A stretch of DNA of 64,000 nt from Octopus bimaculoides (Eukaryota): NCBI RefSeq assembly GCF_001194135.2, contig NC_068984.1, positions 73,735,942 to 73,799,941 of the forward strand, written 5' to 3'. How positions within the stretch are numbered: position 1 is the first letter of the stretch; each line of letters opens with the position of its first letter. The notes under the pieces are model-generated. The model had not been told where the DNA came from and ran no database searches. It saw nothing but the letters and a program-made list of their open reading frames with translations. Made by a program: the position numbers and the translations under genes. Below are positions 63,922-64,000 of this stretch, piece after piece.

Positions 63922-64000
<79 letters not shown>

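Overview
AT-rich, microsatellite- and transposon-dense eukaryotic DNA with several N gaps. The repeat landscape looks like an octopus/coleoid cephalopod draft scaffold (inference from repeat style; no search was run). The only protein-coding gene I can support is the 3' end of a CFAP47-like cilia/flagella gene on the + strand. It has 7 exons from 491 to 18476 that splice with GT-AG boundaries and consistent phases into 434 codons plus stop; the 5' part lies upstream of the window. Nearly all ORFs in the supplied track are microsatellite, gap or repeat artefacts. The rest is a mosaic of tRNA-derived SINEs, RTE, CR1/L2-type and Penelope retroelement fragments, a degenerate Tc1 with DD36E spacing, mini-mariners, piggyBac, hAT and Helentron-type non-autonomous elements, and a 3'-truncated Buster-type hAT. 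The most interesting observations are: (i) several minimal hammerhead-ribozyme motifs tied to Penelope-type termini, including a family with a CUGUYGA core variant and a tRNA-head/microsatellite/hammerhead composite in an inverted arrangement; (ii) a ~550-bp repeat that sits in (AAT)n tracts in a fixed orientation; (iii) a 71-bp inverted repeat carrying octamer and CCAAT-like motifs. No prokaryotic features (CRISPR, operons, rRNA) were seen.
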